64,000 nucleotides of DNA from Candidatus Latescibacterota bacterium (GCA_965207885.1 OZ242311.1:2720001-2784000); one strand, 5' to 3'. Shown: positions 29,003 through 39,466, numbered from the stretch's first letter. A program made the numbers and translations. The notes: generated from the letters alone by a model not told the origin.

Positions 29003-29038
29003 CGAATCACAGAAATATCAAAAAGATTTGATTCCTTC

Positions 29039-29893
29039 TTAAACAACCGGTCTGATCTCTGGCGCGCCATTCTCTTCACACCACGGCGTAAGTGGGCTAT
29101 CTCCACCGCCAGCTTTGTACCCCTCTATCTTTGGATATCTTTCACCCACCAAATACCGACCCAATTCATCCAGTTTATCCATAAAGGCAGGCTCTTGACT
29201 CCGATAGTCCAGCGGCATCACCCAACGATAGCCATAACCAATCATGATCGCCTTTCGCATGTTACCCGATGTGTTTATACCTGCTGCATGCCCGGTTCGA
29301 TTTTCAAAGAACAGGCAATCACCCGCCTTTAAAGAAGCCTCAACATAACCTTTTGGTCCAGGCTCTCCTTCAGGGACTTCAATGGGGTTGCTGTGGCGAT
29401 TGGAGCCAGGCGCAACCAGCGTCACACCCGAGTTTGGTTCGGTCAGATCATTGAGATAAAACGCGCACTTTAACAAAACACGGGGCACATGATTTCCCAA
29501 TACTTTTGTCGCTGCACCATAATCGCGATGCCATCCGACCCGCCGAACTTTCTTCGAGGGATCGGAAGAGCCTCTATAAGCAAGTTGTGATACCATCAGT
29601 TGGATATGTGCACCCAAAAGCTGTACCGCAACCGACAGCGATTTGGCGTGGGTTAGCAGGGGAATAAAAGCATCATCTTTCACAATACAATTCTTAAAGC
29701 CCAGTCGTCCCGTGCGCATGTGTTGGTCGTCACTCGCAATCAACCGATCAGCAGCCTCAACGACCCGGTCAATCATGTCCTGATCGAGCACGTCGCGCAC
29801 AATGAGATAGCCTTGCTCATCAAACTGCCTGATTTCTTGCGCTGAAAGCGCATACCAGTCCAGATCAATTGACGATTCTGTCATCTGAGCCAT
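29039..29893 (-). CDS. PhyH-family Fe(II)/2OG dioxygenase
   Basis: FDEQGY, WHRD, VAPGS, FFENRTGH...RK; start 29893 with AAGGAG. Confidence 0.9.
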   Translation of the reverse strand: MAQMTESSIDLDWYALSAQEIRQFDEQGYLIVRDVLDQDMIDRVVEAADRLIASDDQHMRTGRLGFKNCIVKDDAFIPLLTHAKSLSVAVQLLGAHIQLMVSQLAYRGSSDPSKKVRRVGWHRDYGAATKVLGNHVPRVLLKCAFYLNDLTEPNSGVTLVAPGSNRHSNPIEVPEGEPGPKGYVEASLKAGDCLFFENRTGHAAGINTSGNMRKAIMIGYGYRWVMPLDYRSQEPAFMDKLDELGRYLVGERYPKIEGYKAGGGDSPLTPWCEENGAPEIRPVV

Positions 29894-29924
29894 TGTTTGC
29901 TCTCCTTTCATTTTGGCGCGGTGG

Positions 29925-31538
29925 TCATTCTCCCGTAACATTCGGGATGAGTGCCGACAAGCCCAGGTTTGTTAGCCGCTCGATTTCCTCCTGGAGTTCG
30001 TCGCCCTCCAGCGGACCCGCGTAGGGGGCCTGCTCGAAGCGACATGGAGACTCCACCAGGCGTGGGTCGTCGTTCTCCCGCAGAAGACCCATAAGTTCGT
30101 TCGCCAGGTCTTTGCGGATCTGCTCGTAGTCCGGGTTCGTGGCGACATTGTTCATGTAGTGGGGATCGACCCGAAGGTCGTAGAGTTCCTCTCGAGGACG
30201 CTTGCCGAAGCCGATTTCAAAGAGGGGCTGTACATCTTCGTCGGCGCGGTGGTGAATCATCCAGGCCTTGGTTGGCCCCCCATCCATGTCGGAATACGCC
30301 GGGCGCGAACTGGCCAGGAGACTGTCCCAGGACGGCGCATCCGCATTGGGGTCGTCGAGCCCTCGCGGGTCCCCCACGGGCCAACGGTCGGGCTCAAAGT
30401 TGTGGATGTAGAGAAAGTCCCGGGTGCGGATCGCACGCATCGGATAAGGCATGCCATCTCTCGCCATGACATTGTGGCGCTCCCGCCCCGTAACGACGGC
30501 CGTGCGCTCTGCTTCTACCTGTCCACTCCTGTTGCTTTCGAGCACAGGTAGAAGGCTGCGAGCCGTCATGCTGTCTGGGATGTCAACGCCCGCGGCGTCG
30601 AGGAAAGTGGGCGCCAGATCCATCAGGTTGACGAAGTCATCGACGACGCGGGCGGAAGGGATGCGTTCCGGCCACCGAGCGGCCAGCGCTACCTCGCAAC
30701 CGATGTTGTAAAGGTTGCACTTGGCGCGCGGGAAGCCCGGAATGCCGTGGTCCCCACTGACGACGATGAGTGTATTGTCCAGCTCGCCGATGGCCTCGAG
30801 GCGCTCGATCAGGACACCCAGACCAGCATCTACCGCCAGACACTCACCCAGATAGTCGTTCACGTCTTCACGGATGTCGTGGACGTCGGGGAGGAAGGCC
30901 GGAAGGCGACCTTCTAGGTCGTCGGGCTCCAGCCCCCATAGCGCCTTGCCGGAACCGCGCTCCCAGGTTCGGTGGGTGTTGGTCGGACCCCACCAGTAGC
31001 AGAAGGGCTTTCCCTTGGGCCTCGCCTCCAGAAAGGCGTCGAAGTTCTGCCGCGTCTCTTCGAGGAGCATCTCTTTGGCCCCGTCGATTCCGAGTTCAGA
31101 TGCCCGTTCGGTCGCGACGTGGGAGAAGCGGTTGTACAGCCTGCCTGCCTGCTCGTACCGCGTGCGCTCTGCGCCGTAGGGGGCGTTCATGGTCCTTCCC
31201 GGAGACCAGACCTTGTACGTGTACCCGATGTGGTAGCCATTTTCCTCGAGAATGAGGGGATAGGTCGGAATGGTCTCGTCCCACACAGCGCCCTGCAGGA
31301 TGGCGCCGAGGCCCGTCTGCCAGAAGTACTGCCCCGAGAGGATGGAACTCCGGCAGGGCGTGCAACTGGGCGCCGGAACAAAGGCGTTTCGGAAGAGCAC
31401 ACCTTCCTTGGCAATCCGGTCGAAGTTTGGGGTGTCGAGGAGTGCGTTAATCGCGTTTTCGCCCTCGACGGGACGGTATGCGCTGGCATAACGTCCCCAG
31501 TCGTCCGCAAAGGCAAAGAGTATGTTGGGGGGCATCAA
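29925..31538 (-). CDS. Cys-type sulfatase (N-sulfoglucosamine sulfohydrolase-like)
   Basis: PNILFAFADDW, CTPCRSSILSG, GDHG..FPRAKCNLY, GRERH, YPMRAIRT. Confidence 0.9.
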   Translation of the reverse strand: MMPPNILFAFADDWGRYASAYRPVEGENAINALLDTPNFDRIAKEGVLFRNAFVPAPSCTPCRSSILSGQYFWQTGLGAILQGAVWDETIPTYPLILEENGYHIGYTYKVWSPGRTMNAPYGAERTRYEQAGRLYNRFSHVATERASELGIDGAKEMLLEETRQNFDAFLEARPKGKPFCYWWGPTNTHRTWERGSGKALWGLEPDDLEGRLPAFLPDVHDIREDVNDYLGECLAVDAGLGVLIERLEAIGELDNTLIVVSGDHGIPGFPRAKCNLYNIGCEVALAARWPERIPSARVVDDFVNLMDLAPTFLDAAGVDIPDSMTARSLLPVLESNRSGQVEAERTAVVTGRERHNVMARDGMPYPMRAIRTRDFLYIHNFEPDRWPVGDPRGLDDPNADAPSWDSLLASSRPAYSDMDGGPTKAWMIHHRADEDVQPLFEIGFGKRPREELYDLRVDPHYMNNVATNPDYEQIRKDLANELMGLLRENDDPRLVESPCRFEQAPYAGPLEGDELQEEIERLTNLGLSALIPNVTGE

Positions 31539-31556
31539 TTATCCATTCAACAATTT

Positions 31557-33548
31557 TTAAAAGTTAGCGGACAGTTCGATTCTCTTCATCACCCGCTCCA
31601 ATACCCACACCCTGACGATGCCGTCCCGCTGCCCACCAAGCCCGCTTGTGTAATTGTTCTTTTCGAGTTGCGCATTGTGTTCCGGTCCGAACATCTCCTG
31701 TTTATTTATGGCCTGCTCCAGGGCGGGAATAAGCGGTTTCATGGGCTGGAGTTCTTCGCGGCTGCGGTATGACAGATAGGCACCGGCTCGTAGCCGCGCC
31801 CAGAGGATATCGCTCGACAGCGCGTGCTCAAAAGCAGGCAGGGCAAGGGCGCCTTCGCCTGCCCGCACCAGATAGTCCCCAGCGGCCAGGCTGACGCTGA
31901 TTGAGGGATCGTCAAGGAGGGGGGACAGGCGCTCGATCATCGCGCGTTCCACACCGAGTGAGCAAAGGCCGGTAACAGCCCAGAAACGCACGGCGCTGTC
32001 GGGATCACCAAGTCGTTTTGCGAGTTCTTCCTTTGCTTCGTCACCCAGGCGCGCCAGGTCTGCTGTTTCCAGAATACGCTCGTAATTATCACAGTGCGCC
32101 CCGACGGCATGACTCACACCATTGAACTGCTCAGCTCGCGCAGCAATCTCCGGTTCATCGATCAAGCCCAAATCACGCGTCTCAATCATCCAGCCAAACA
32201 GCTTCTGCCGCAACTCATCCTTCACATTGCTGTAAGCAGGATCATCTGCCAGGTTATTTATCTCTTCGGGATCGTTCTCGATGTCATACAATTCTTCAGC
32301 CGGTTTGTGATCCTGCCAGATCTGGAACTGCTGGTAATGCTCAGGTAGTCCGTCCTGTTTGATCATGACCGGCGGGCCGAGCATCAGAAATACGCCGTCG
32401 GGGTCGTGGACCTTTTGTTTGCCCGGTAGGCAAGAGGTCTCCCAGAAGGCGCGTTCCGGAGTTCCTTCCTCCGGGACCTTCGCAAAGAATCCGCCGTCTG
32501 GATAGAACGAAGCGTATGGCTGGTGGGGGAGGAAGTTGCGGAAGTAACGGTATTTTTTTGTGCGGATTGTGCGGATTACTTCTGGGTTGTTGTCCAGCCG
32601 ATCCCTGGCACTGCAGACGAATTCTCTCGGTTCATCTCTGTTGGGACCGCACAAATTTCGGCTCTGGATGTGTTCGGGTACAGGAACGCCTGATAGCTGC
32701 AGGGTCGTCGCACACAGGTCCATGTGCAAGACGGGTTCATCAACCGCGGCGCCGGGTTCTGCCGGAGCCAGGTGCCGGTACTTCTCCGGGAATCGCATGA
32801 TCAGCGGGATATTCAGTCCGTCGTCGTAGGCGTGGATTTTCCCCCGGGGATAACCCGTGCCATGGTCTCCCCAATAGACCACAATAGTGTCTTCACTGTG
32901 CCCCTGCACTTCAAGCTCGTCCAAGATCTCTCCGACCTGTTTATCGACATTTGTAAGGGCGTCGTAGAAGAGCGCCATCCGTTCCCTGAACAGGGGCGTG
33001 TCGGGAACAAAGCTCGGAACCGGCACATCATTCGGGTCGTGCAACTCGTCGTCGCTCAAGAGCGAGGAACGCGCTTTCCGCGCATCCTCGGGCGTCAGTT
33101 TGAATACACTGGCGTGGGAACTGCCCAGTCTGTAATACATGAAGAACGGCTTGTCTTCAGGGCGATTCTCCCAGAAATCTTCAGCGTTGTAATACTGTTC
33201 ACGCTCCTCTTTGGAGACGTATAGATTGATGTCATTATCCGGCTGCGTACAGGCGTAACCGGCGTCCGTCAACATTGTGTTTAACAACTCAACTCCTGCG
33301 GGGCGGATGATCGCGCTGCGGTGATGATGTGTGCCCAGCGTGGTCGGATGCATGCCGGTATAGATGCCCGTGCGCGACGGTGAGCAGATTGGGCCAGCGG
33401 TGAACGCGTTGGTGTAGCGCACACCTTCTGCCGATAGGCGGTCAATATTTGGGGTATGTGCGTATTGATCTCCGTAGCAACCGTAGTTCCAGGCACTGGA
33501 ATCGTGGTTACTGATCCAGAGGAAATTGGGTCTGTCTTGTTTTGTCAT
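31557..33548 (-). CDS. Cys-type sulfatase with C-terminal HEAT repeats
   Basis: RPNFLWIS, CSPSRTGIYTG, GDHG, ARDRLD; LGDPDSAVRFWA and LDDPSISVSLAA repeats. Confidence 0.9.
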   Translation of the reverse strand: MTKQDRPNFLWISNHDSSAWNYGCYGDQYAHTPNIDRLSAEGVRYTNAFTAGPICSPSRTGIYTGMHPTTLGTHHHRSAIIRPAGVELLNTMLTDAGYACTQPDNDINLYVSKEEREQYYNAEDFWENRPEDKPFFMYYRLGSSHASVFKLTPEDARKARSSLLSDDELHDPNDVPVPSFVPDTPLFRERMALFYDALTNVDKQVGEILDELEVQGHSEDTIVVYWGDHGTGYPRGKIHAYDDGLNIPLIMRFPEKYRHLAPAEPGAAVDEPVLHMDLCATTLQLSGVPVPEHIQSRNLCGPNRDEPREFVCSARDRLDNNPEVIRTIRTKKYRYFRNFLPHQPYASFYPDGGFFAKVPEEGTPERAFWETSCLPGKQKVHDPDGVFLMLGPPVMIKQDGLPEHYQQFQIWQDHKPAEELYDIENDPEEINNLADDPAYSNVKDELRQKLFGWMIETRDLGLIDEPEIAARAEQFNGVSHAVGAHCDNYERILETADLARLGDEAKEELAKRLGDPDSAVRFWAVTGLCSLGVERAMIERLSPLLDDPSISVSLAAGDYLVRAGEGALALPAFEHALSSDILWARLRAGAYLSYRSREELQPMKPLIPALEQAINKQEMFGPEHNAQLEKNNYTSGLGGQRDGIVRVWVLERVMKRIELSANF

Positions 33549-33642
33549 CTATCTGGTTCTCCCAAAAAAAGATTTTGTGATGATTGGATATCAATATGCA
33601 TCAGACGATAAAAATGCGAACTGCCAATCGCGTTGTAACCCC

Positions 33643-35025
33643 TCACCATTTCTGGTCTATAATCAGAAACCCTTTCGCTTTACACAGTTCACTGTCTTTC
33701 CACCCGTAAAAGAGGAGCATGCCATCTCTTACATTTCCTTTTGGATCTTTGATCGGTTGAATATTGTTAAATTTCCAACCGGCATATTCCGGGGCACGTG
33801 GCGTCAAATCTCTCACTCTTTGCCAGGTAAATCCACTATCGGTGGAGATCCACTCTTCAATATCTCCTCCACCTTTGGAGTCCATGTTGCCACGTTTTTC
33901 TTTTATAAATTTGTGATCACCTACCATCAGATAAGCATGCAGCGTGCCACTTTCATCCTGCCTGAGATAGCAACTGTTCCAATCATCAGTGGCAGGGGAG
34001 ATAACCGTCTGTATCCATTTATGGTTAATATACCTCACATAATAGTAATTGCACCTGTCGGGCACGTCTTCCGATAGCACATGCAAAAAGGCCGGATTGT
34101 CATTTTTATCTATGACAATATCAGGTGGAACGCCTGCGCCTCTCCAACCGGTATCCCAAATTTTGCATTTGTCATTTGCAGTGCCAATATCAATGGGCGT
34201 TCTGACTGTCTCGCCATCAAAATTCGCGACCTCATGCGTTTGAAGGTTGATTTTTACATAATAGAGATTGTATTTAAGCCCGAGATTCTTTTTGGTTCCA
34301 TAACGAGGATTGTAAAACTTTTCTGGGATATCCTTCTTATTGTCATCATAAGAATAAAATACGGCGTGCAAAAACTTTCCATCTTTACTCGGAAAGCAAG
34401 TGTGATAAGAAGACCACTCATTCAAGTCCATCGGATCATCTACTGTTGCTGTTTCTTCCCCCATGTTTAAATCTGTGACATCATTTTCAGGCCCTGACCA
34501 GGTCTTACCTTCATCGTCTGAAATTAAATATGACCACGAACTTCTGTGCTCTCCTGTTCGAAAATAAACCACTTGTCTATTATTGTATATGTGATAAACC
34601 GTAGGATAAGAAAGCGAGTTTCTTATTTCAGGGGCTGGAGACCAGTCTTCTACACCGTTTCCAATATCCGCTACCTTTTTGGATATTAAATGTGTTCCTG
34701 GCGTTTTGTGACAACCTGACAAAATATGTAAAAAGTCATCATTATCAGCCCAGATTATGGGGCAATAATGCTGGTCGTTTGAGCCTTTGGTCCCCAGCTG
34801 TAGGGGAGAAGAAAAGGACTTTGTCTCGGGGTTAAAAGAGATAACAAAAGGATATGTCTTTTCCCTGGTCTCAGCATCCATTGGTGCCCCGCCATTATAA
34901 ACGATATATACTTGATTGTTGATATAGATGGCTTGAGGGCGCTGCCTTCTGTCATAGATCATTTTTAATTGTCCCCCACTTCCAAAGGGAACAACAGAAA
35001 AAACCGTTTGTTTCTCAGTGTCCAC
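33643..35025 (-). CDS. BNR-4 repeat beta-propeller protein (PL24/PL25-like candidate lyase)
   Basis: DQHYCP...DNDDFLHILSGCH, SYP, Asp boxes SDDEGKTWS and STDSGFTW; GTG 35025 has GGAGG RBS (TTG 35070 alternative). Confidence 0.7.
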   Translation of the reverse strand: MDTEKQTVFSVVPFGSGGQLKMIYDRRQRPQAIYINNQVYIVYNGGAPMDAETREKTYPFVISFNPETKSFSSPLQLGTKGSNDQHYCPIIWADNDDFLHILSGCHKTPGTHLISKKVADIGNGVEDWSPAPEIRNSLSYPTVYHIYNNRQVVYFRTGEHRSSWSYLISDDEGKTWSGPENDVTDLNMGEETATVDDPMDLNEWSSYHTCFPSKDGKFLHAVFYSYDDNKKDIPEKFYNPRYGTKKNLGLKYNLYYVKINLQTHEVANFDGETVRTPIDIGTANDKCKIWDTGWRGAGVPPDIVIDKNDNPAFLHVLSEDVPDRCNYYYVRYINHKWIQTVISPATDDWNSCYLRQDESGTLHAYLMVGDHKFIKEKRGNMDSKGGGDIEEWISTDSGFTWQRVRDLTPRAPEYAGWKFNNIQPIKDPKGNVRDGMLLFYGWKDSELCKAKGFLIIDQKW

Positions 35026-35089
35026 AGCCTGACCTCCAAATGCAATCGGTGAAATAAGAAGGACTCTCAATTTTCAGGAGTGCCACCAT

Positions 35090-37759
35090 CTACTTCCTGG
35101 TTGGGGGGGCTTCAGGATCTACTGTAGCGCCTGTTACAAATAATAAGGCATCTTTGGAAAGCTTTTTGCCGCCCACGTACATACCCCATCGAAAGGTACT
35201 GCGACCACTGGGTCTTTCCCAGTCGTGGCGTCCTACAAACTCCCCATTGATGTAGCATTCAGATGTATGGCCGTTGTCGCGAATGCGGACATCAAAAGAC
35301 TTGCCTTCCATGTTCTTTAATACTGTCTTAGAAGTTGCTCTGCGCGGCTGGAATACGACGTCACCATCAGCGGTCATAACCAACATTATAGACCAGTCTT
35401 CACCGCTGTTTTTCACCTGAAAGATGCCACACCCCTGCGCTTTCACAATCGTGTAGGTGCCAATCCATTCATGCCAGGTACCGCGGTTCCACCTCTTTTT
35501 GCTAAACGCCTCAATCCGGGCCGCATTGGCACGTGCATTGCGCACATTGTGCTCGCCATCAAAAAGGCGAAACACCTGTGTGTTTCCGTCCTCTTGATAC
35601 CATCGCGACCATTTGTGAAAATCGCGTCGAGGAATCAAACTGTTGCCCGGTGTGTGAATATTGATTCCACTTTCTATGGGGCGTAATGCATGGGGTCCCT
35701 TTTCTACCACCTTGTTATTGACGTCAATTATTGAACCTGTTATTCCCGTAGAGGAGTTCGTACCGATCGGAATCTGGTTCTCTTCGAGAATGGACGACCA
35801 GGAAGGATCACTACCCTGCCTGGTGTAAAGGACCTGATCGGGGTCGTCTGTTGTAAAATCCAGGATCTTCTTTCGCGTCCCTTTGCTGATGGTGACAACC
35901 CCGCTGTTCCACTCAGCATTGAGAAAGGGGCTTTCAAAGACTTTCTTTGGCGCGTAGTCGATTGGCTTGCCATTGATTGAGGGTACGGCTTTGGCGCTGG
36001 TATCAAAGGTCAACTGATCACCATAGATGGTTTTGTAGCGCAGCACCGTCCCATCTATCTGAACTTCACAGGCTTTTACCTTTTTTTTGAAAGCGTCGAA
36101 ACTCGTGACATCGCTCCTGGCCATGACTTCAATGATCACCGGTGCGTATTCATCATTGGGGATCATGGTCGCGTTTTCGGGAACAAAGCGATCCGTTTCA
36201 AACTCGCCATCCATCCACTTGAAACCGCCTGTAGCCACGCGGATCGCCGCATAAGCACCTTTGGCCTCCACATAGACCACGCCATCCTCTTCCACTGGCG
36301 CGCTCAACCCGCTCTTCGACATCCAGATGATCATCTCGGCACCGTCCTTATGGTGCTTGAGCTTCTGGGTAATCAAGCTGCCTTTGCTCTGCACGGACCA
36401 CTGTGCATTCATGGCCACCCGGTTGTCTTTGGGGCGAACGATGGGAACAATACGCGCATCGTGTTCGCCGGCAAAGATCACGCCTTGCCAGCGGTTTTGC
36501 GCACTGATCGCAGCCCAATCCTTCAGAGGCCTCGCTTCCGTCATCGGCGTTCCCATGATGAAGGCAGGATCACAGTAGCTGTAGCGCAGAATACCCCCTC
36601 CATCGGTTCGCATCCTGGTCGGCACTTGTGTATCAGCAGTCTTCAAAGGGCGACCCGTTTTTCCCAGACCCTGGGGACGCTGCCGCACCTCGTAGCGTCC
36701 TCGTCCTGCCACGTCGATTGCGATATCGGCTACCACGGCTGGTGGACGGTAGTCGCTGAGAGCCGCGTTCACATCATGACCATAAACAGCAGGCTGCTTG
36801 CCGATGCCAAAGTAGAACCAGGCCAGCGGCGCATTGCCATGATCCCGATTTTGCTTAAGCCCTTTCCAGAAATAGATGCGCGACCGCCCACCACCTTGAA
36901 CGCCGTCAATCTGTTCCTGCGCCCAATAGGCAAAATAAAGATCGAGCAACAGCCCGGCTGACCGTCTCACCTGCGGGTCACCAAAGTCGTAGAAATTGTA
37001 GAACCCCTTGATCAATGTGCTGTTATAGTCGTCGCACATCATCTCGATGCACAGGCTTTTGCGCGCACGTTCACGACAGTAAACCACAAAATACGCATTC
37101 CAGGCCCGATAGTGTTCTGCCGCCGTAGCGCCGTCATCATACTTGAGATTCTTGTATTCGGGCCGATCTTTCGCGATTTTGGCAAATTGCCAGCAGACTG
37201 TAAAACTCATGGCATGATGATTCTCTGACAGGTAGATGTGCCAGGTCTTAGATTTTTCGTATTCCGCCTTATCGAGCCTGGAAACCTTCCTGACGTATTC
37301 CCATATCGGCTTGAGAGCGAGGGCTTCGGTCTTTTTGGTGATGCGATTACTACCGTTGGTGCCGTACATCTCAATCAGCCGCATGACGATCTCCGCATGC
37401 CAGTGAAAGCTGTCACGGTCATTGATGTCCAGGGGGTTGTCGAGATAATGCTGGGCATTTTCGGCAAGTGCGGCATTGGCTTCTTCCAGCATCTCGTTCA
37501 GATAGAGGCAGCGTGCGGCAAACCCCACCATGGAATAGGAATAGGCCCGCACATAATTTCCTCGCCCTGGATCGAGTGGCTTCTGTTTTTTTGCCCGCAC
37601 CAACGGCTTGCCAGATTCAGCGCGAAACATCGCATCCACTCGTTGTTCAAAGCCAGCTACGACCGCTTCGGGGGTAAAATTCTTCTTCACTGATTCCGCT
37701 CCTTGTGTCTGCCCAGTTATAAGTATAACGACCAGCATTATACGGTTGATGATTCGCAT
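35090..37759 (-). CDS. Secreted two-module protein: SENH-motif domain plus C-terminal PL7-like jelly-roll lyase domain
   Basis: Signal peptide; YLSENHHAM; C-terminal RIEAF, IFQVK and FRWGMY echo the three PL7-type conserved strands. Confidence 0.55.
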   Translation of the reverse strand: MRIINRIMLVVILITGQTQGAESVKKNFTPEAVVAGFEQRVDAMFRAESGKPLVRAKKQKPLDPGRGNYVRAYSYSMVGFAARCLYLNEMLEEANAALAENAQHYLDNPLDINDRDSFHWHAEIVMRLIEMYGTNGSNRITKKTEALALKPIWEYVRKVSRLDKAEYEKSKTWHIYLSENHHAMSFTVCWQFAKIAKDRPEYKNLKYDDGATAAEHYRAWNAYFVVYCRERARKSLCIEMMCDDYNSTLIKGFYNFYDFGDPQVRRSAGLLLDLYFAYWAQEQIDGVQGGGRSRIYFWKGLKQNRDHGNAPLAWFYFGIGKQPAVYGHDVNAALSDYRPPAVVADIAIDVAGRGRYEVRQRPQGLGKTGRPLKTADTQVPTRMRTDGGGILRYSYCDPAFIMGTPMTEARPLKDWAAISAQNRWQGVIFAGEHDARIVPIVRPKDNRVAMNAQWSVQSKGSLITQKLKHHKDGAEMIIWMSKSGLSAPVEEDGVVYVEAKGAYAAIRVATGGFKWMDGEFETDRFVPENATMIPNDEYAPVIIEVMARSDVTSFDAFKKKVKACEVQIDGTVLRYKTIYGDQLTFDTSAKAVPSINGKPIDYAPKKVFESPFLNAEWNSGVVTISKGTRKKILDFTTDDPDQVLYTRQGSDPSWSSILEENQIPIGTNSSTGITGSIIDVNNKVVEKGPHALRPIESGINIHTPGNSLIPRRDFHKWSRWYQEDGNTQVFRLFDGEHNVRNARANAARIEAFSKKRWNRGTWHEWIGTYTIVKAQGCGIFQVKNSGEDWSIMLVMTADGDVVFQPRRATSKTVLKNMEGKSFDVRIRDNGHTSECYINGEFVGRHDWERPSGRSTFRWGMYVGGKKLSKDALLFVTGATVDPEAPPTRK

Positions 37760-37900
37760 TGTGACTACTCCCAACGCTAAAGCAGTAGGGCTTCTTGGCG
37801 GTCAATCCGCCTGACGTTGTAGCCCCAACGTCAATATGTTTATCGCAGCATTGTGGTCTCTGTCCGTCTTATAGCCACACGCCTTGCAATGATGCACACG
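37741..37900 (-). ncRNA. Predicted TnpB omega/reRNA (5' boundary uncertain) with flanking guide
   Basis: Inferred from known TnpB biology: scaffold overlaps the tnpB 3' end and right end; guide = 37760-37741. Confidence 0.5.
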
Positions 37901-38926
37901 CTGAGAAAGTGGTTTTTTCTCTCTATGTCCACATGCTGAGCAATCTTGTGACGTGTGCTTAGGATCAACGGCTTTGAATCCAATACCAGCTTCTTCCGCT
38001 TTGTATTCGAGACAGTGCCGAAACAGTGACCACGCTACGTCTGCTATTGATTTAGCCAATCGTCTGTTCTTTTGCATCTCTTTAACGTCCAATTTCTCGA
38101 CGGCTATGAATCCGTGACGATTGACCATTTTTCTTGATTCTTGATGAGCAAAGTTATGTCGTTTATTACGGATGCGCTCATGCACTTTGGCAATGACTTT
38201 ACGACGCTTTTCTCTTGTGGGGTCGGTCTTGGGTCTTTTTTTCACCGCGTCCCATTTGCGCTGTGCTCTGGCAAGAGACTTTTCCTCTTTGCGAAAGAAT
38301 CTCTGATTCTCTATTTTCTGTCCGTCACTGGTCACAGCAAAGGAATTGAGACCCACGTCAATGCCAACAGCAGGGCCTGTGTCTGCTCTTTCAGGCGTAT
38401 CGCCAATATCACAAGAGATAGAGACAGACCACTTGCCTGTTGCTGTGCGCGTGATTGTGCAGGATTTAGGCACATCTTCAAGCGGTCTATGTTGGACAAT
38501 GCGAATACAACCTATTTTGCTCAATCGCAAGCCCTTGTCGTCTAATCGACATCCATTGGCAAACTGAGGATACGTGATAGAATCATAGCGATGCTCATTC
38601 TTGTATCTGGGAAATCCAGCTTTCTCGCCTGTCTTTGACTTCTGTTTGAGACGCCGAAAGAATCCTTTGAATGCCCAATCTACTCTCTGGCACACTTGCT
38701 GGAGGACTTGAGAGTGCACAAGAGAAAAAGGCTTGTATTGATTTTTAAGCATGGGCAAAGTCTTATTTTGCTCATATCGGGACAAACTTTGTTTGTTGTT
38801 CTTCCATGCTTGTATTCTGGCACAGAGGAGTTGATTGTATAAAATGCGACATTCGTCTATTTGTGCCAGCAAGACTTTCTCTTGCTTGTTGGTGGGTCGC
38901 AATCTATATTTGAATGACTTAACCAT
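37802..38926 (-). CDS. tnpB: RNA-guided endonuclease TnpB
   Basis: FKYRLRPT HTH, GFPRYK, RuvC GIDVG / AVEKL / DRDHNAAINI, zinc ribbon CSAC...CKAC. Confidence 0.96.
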   Translation of the reverse strand: MVKSFKYRLRPTNKQEKVLLAQIDECRILYNQLLCARIQAWKNNKQSLSRYEQNKTLPMLKNQYKPFSLVHSQVLQQVCQRVDWAFKGFFRRLKQKSKTGEKAGFPRYKNEHRYDSITYPQFANGCRLDDKGLRLSKIGCIRIVQHRPLEDVPKSCTITRTATGKWSVSISCDIGDTPERADTGPAVGIDVGLNSFAVTSDGQKIENQRFFRKEEKSLARAQRKWDAVKKRPKTDPTREKRRKVIAKVHERIRNKRHNFAHQESRKMVNRHGFIAVEKLDVKEMQKNRRLAKSIADVAWSLFRHCLEYKAEEAGIGFKAVDPKHTSQDCSACGHREKKPLSQRVHHCKACGYKTDRDHNAAINILTLGLQRQAD

Positions 38927-38932
38927 AATAAA

Positions 38933-38961
38933 AATATATATTTATGTGTTGTTTGTGTCAA
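38933..38961 (-). promoter_or_regulatory. tnpB promoter, probably leaderless transcript
   Basis: TTGACA-17 bp-TATATT-6 bp-ATG, no SD. Confidence 0.65.
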
Positions 38962-39117
38962 GTTAGATATAGAGCAATCTTGTTGATGCACCGCCCACAA
39001 TCCCTTGAGGATTGTGCCGCCATGCTAAAACACCACACCATAAAATCGTAAGCCCTTCGCCATGCGCCCCAAGCCTGAAGGACTTGGGTTTTACGGGCTT
39101 TGCAGATAAACACTCTG

Positions 39118-39432
39118 CTAATCCTGGTGAAAAACTTCCCTCAGCGGTATGCAGATCGGCGAGTTGTCGGGGTTGGTGTCCATGATATCGGCCATGTAGG
39201 CCCACCATTGCTTGACGATTGCGGTCTCCGGCAACTCATCTGCAGTATTGTCGTCGGCCAGCTTCTGCACGGCGAAGAGTGTCAGCGTCTGTTCATCGAG
39301 AAAAATTGAATAGTCCGAGACGCCAGCTTTGCTCAATTCTTCAGCCAACTCCGGCCAAATTTCGTCGTGGCGCTTTTTGTACTCGGCTTCATAACCGGGC
39401 TTTAGCTGCATCTTGAAAGCATTGCGGTGCAT
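39118..39432 (-). CDS. rhaM: L-rhamnose mutarotase
   Basis: 104 aa; AFKMQLKPG..EYKKRHDEIWPEL, DYSIFLD, WWAYMADIM.TNPDNSP, EVFH. Confidence 0.93.
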   Translation of the reverse strand: MHRNAFKMQLKPGYEAEYKKRHDEIWPELAEELSKAGVSDYSIFLDEQTLTLFAVQKLADDNTADELPETAIVKQWWAYMADIMDTNPDNSPICIPLREVFHQD

Positions 39433-39466
39433 GATATTTTGCTCCTGACTTCGAGGATGAAGGGTG

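Larger units (their letters stand above)
37761..39105 (-). mobile_element. IS200/IS605-family element, tnpB only (IS1341-like, non-autonomous)
   Basis: Left end TTTAT|...AAAA-cccaagtccttcaggcttggg; right end GAAG-ccctactgctttagcgttggg-agtag-TCAC; no intact tnpA. Confidence 0.85.

Noticed and set aside
38965-39060. tnpA remnant inside the IS (RYRAIL on plus strand)
   Set aside because: No HUH or catalytic Tyr motif; too weak to call
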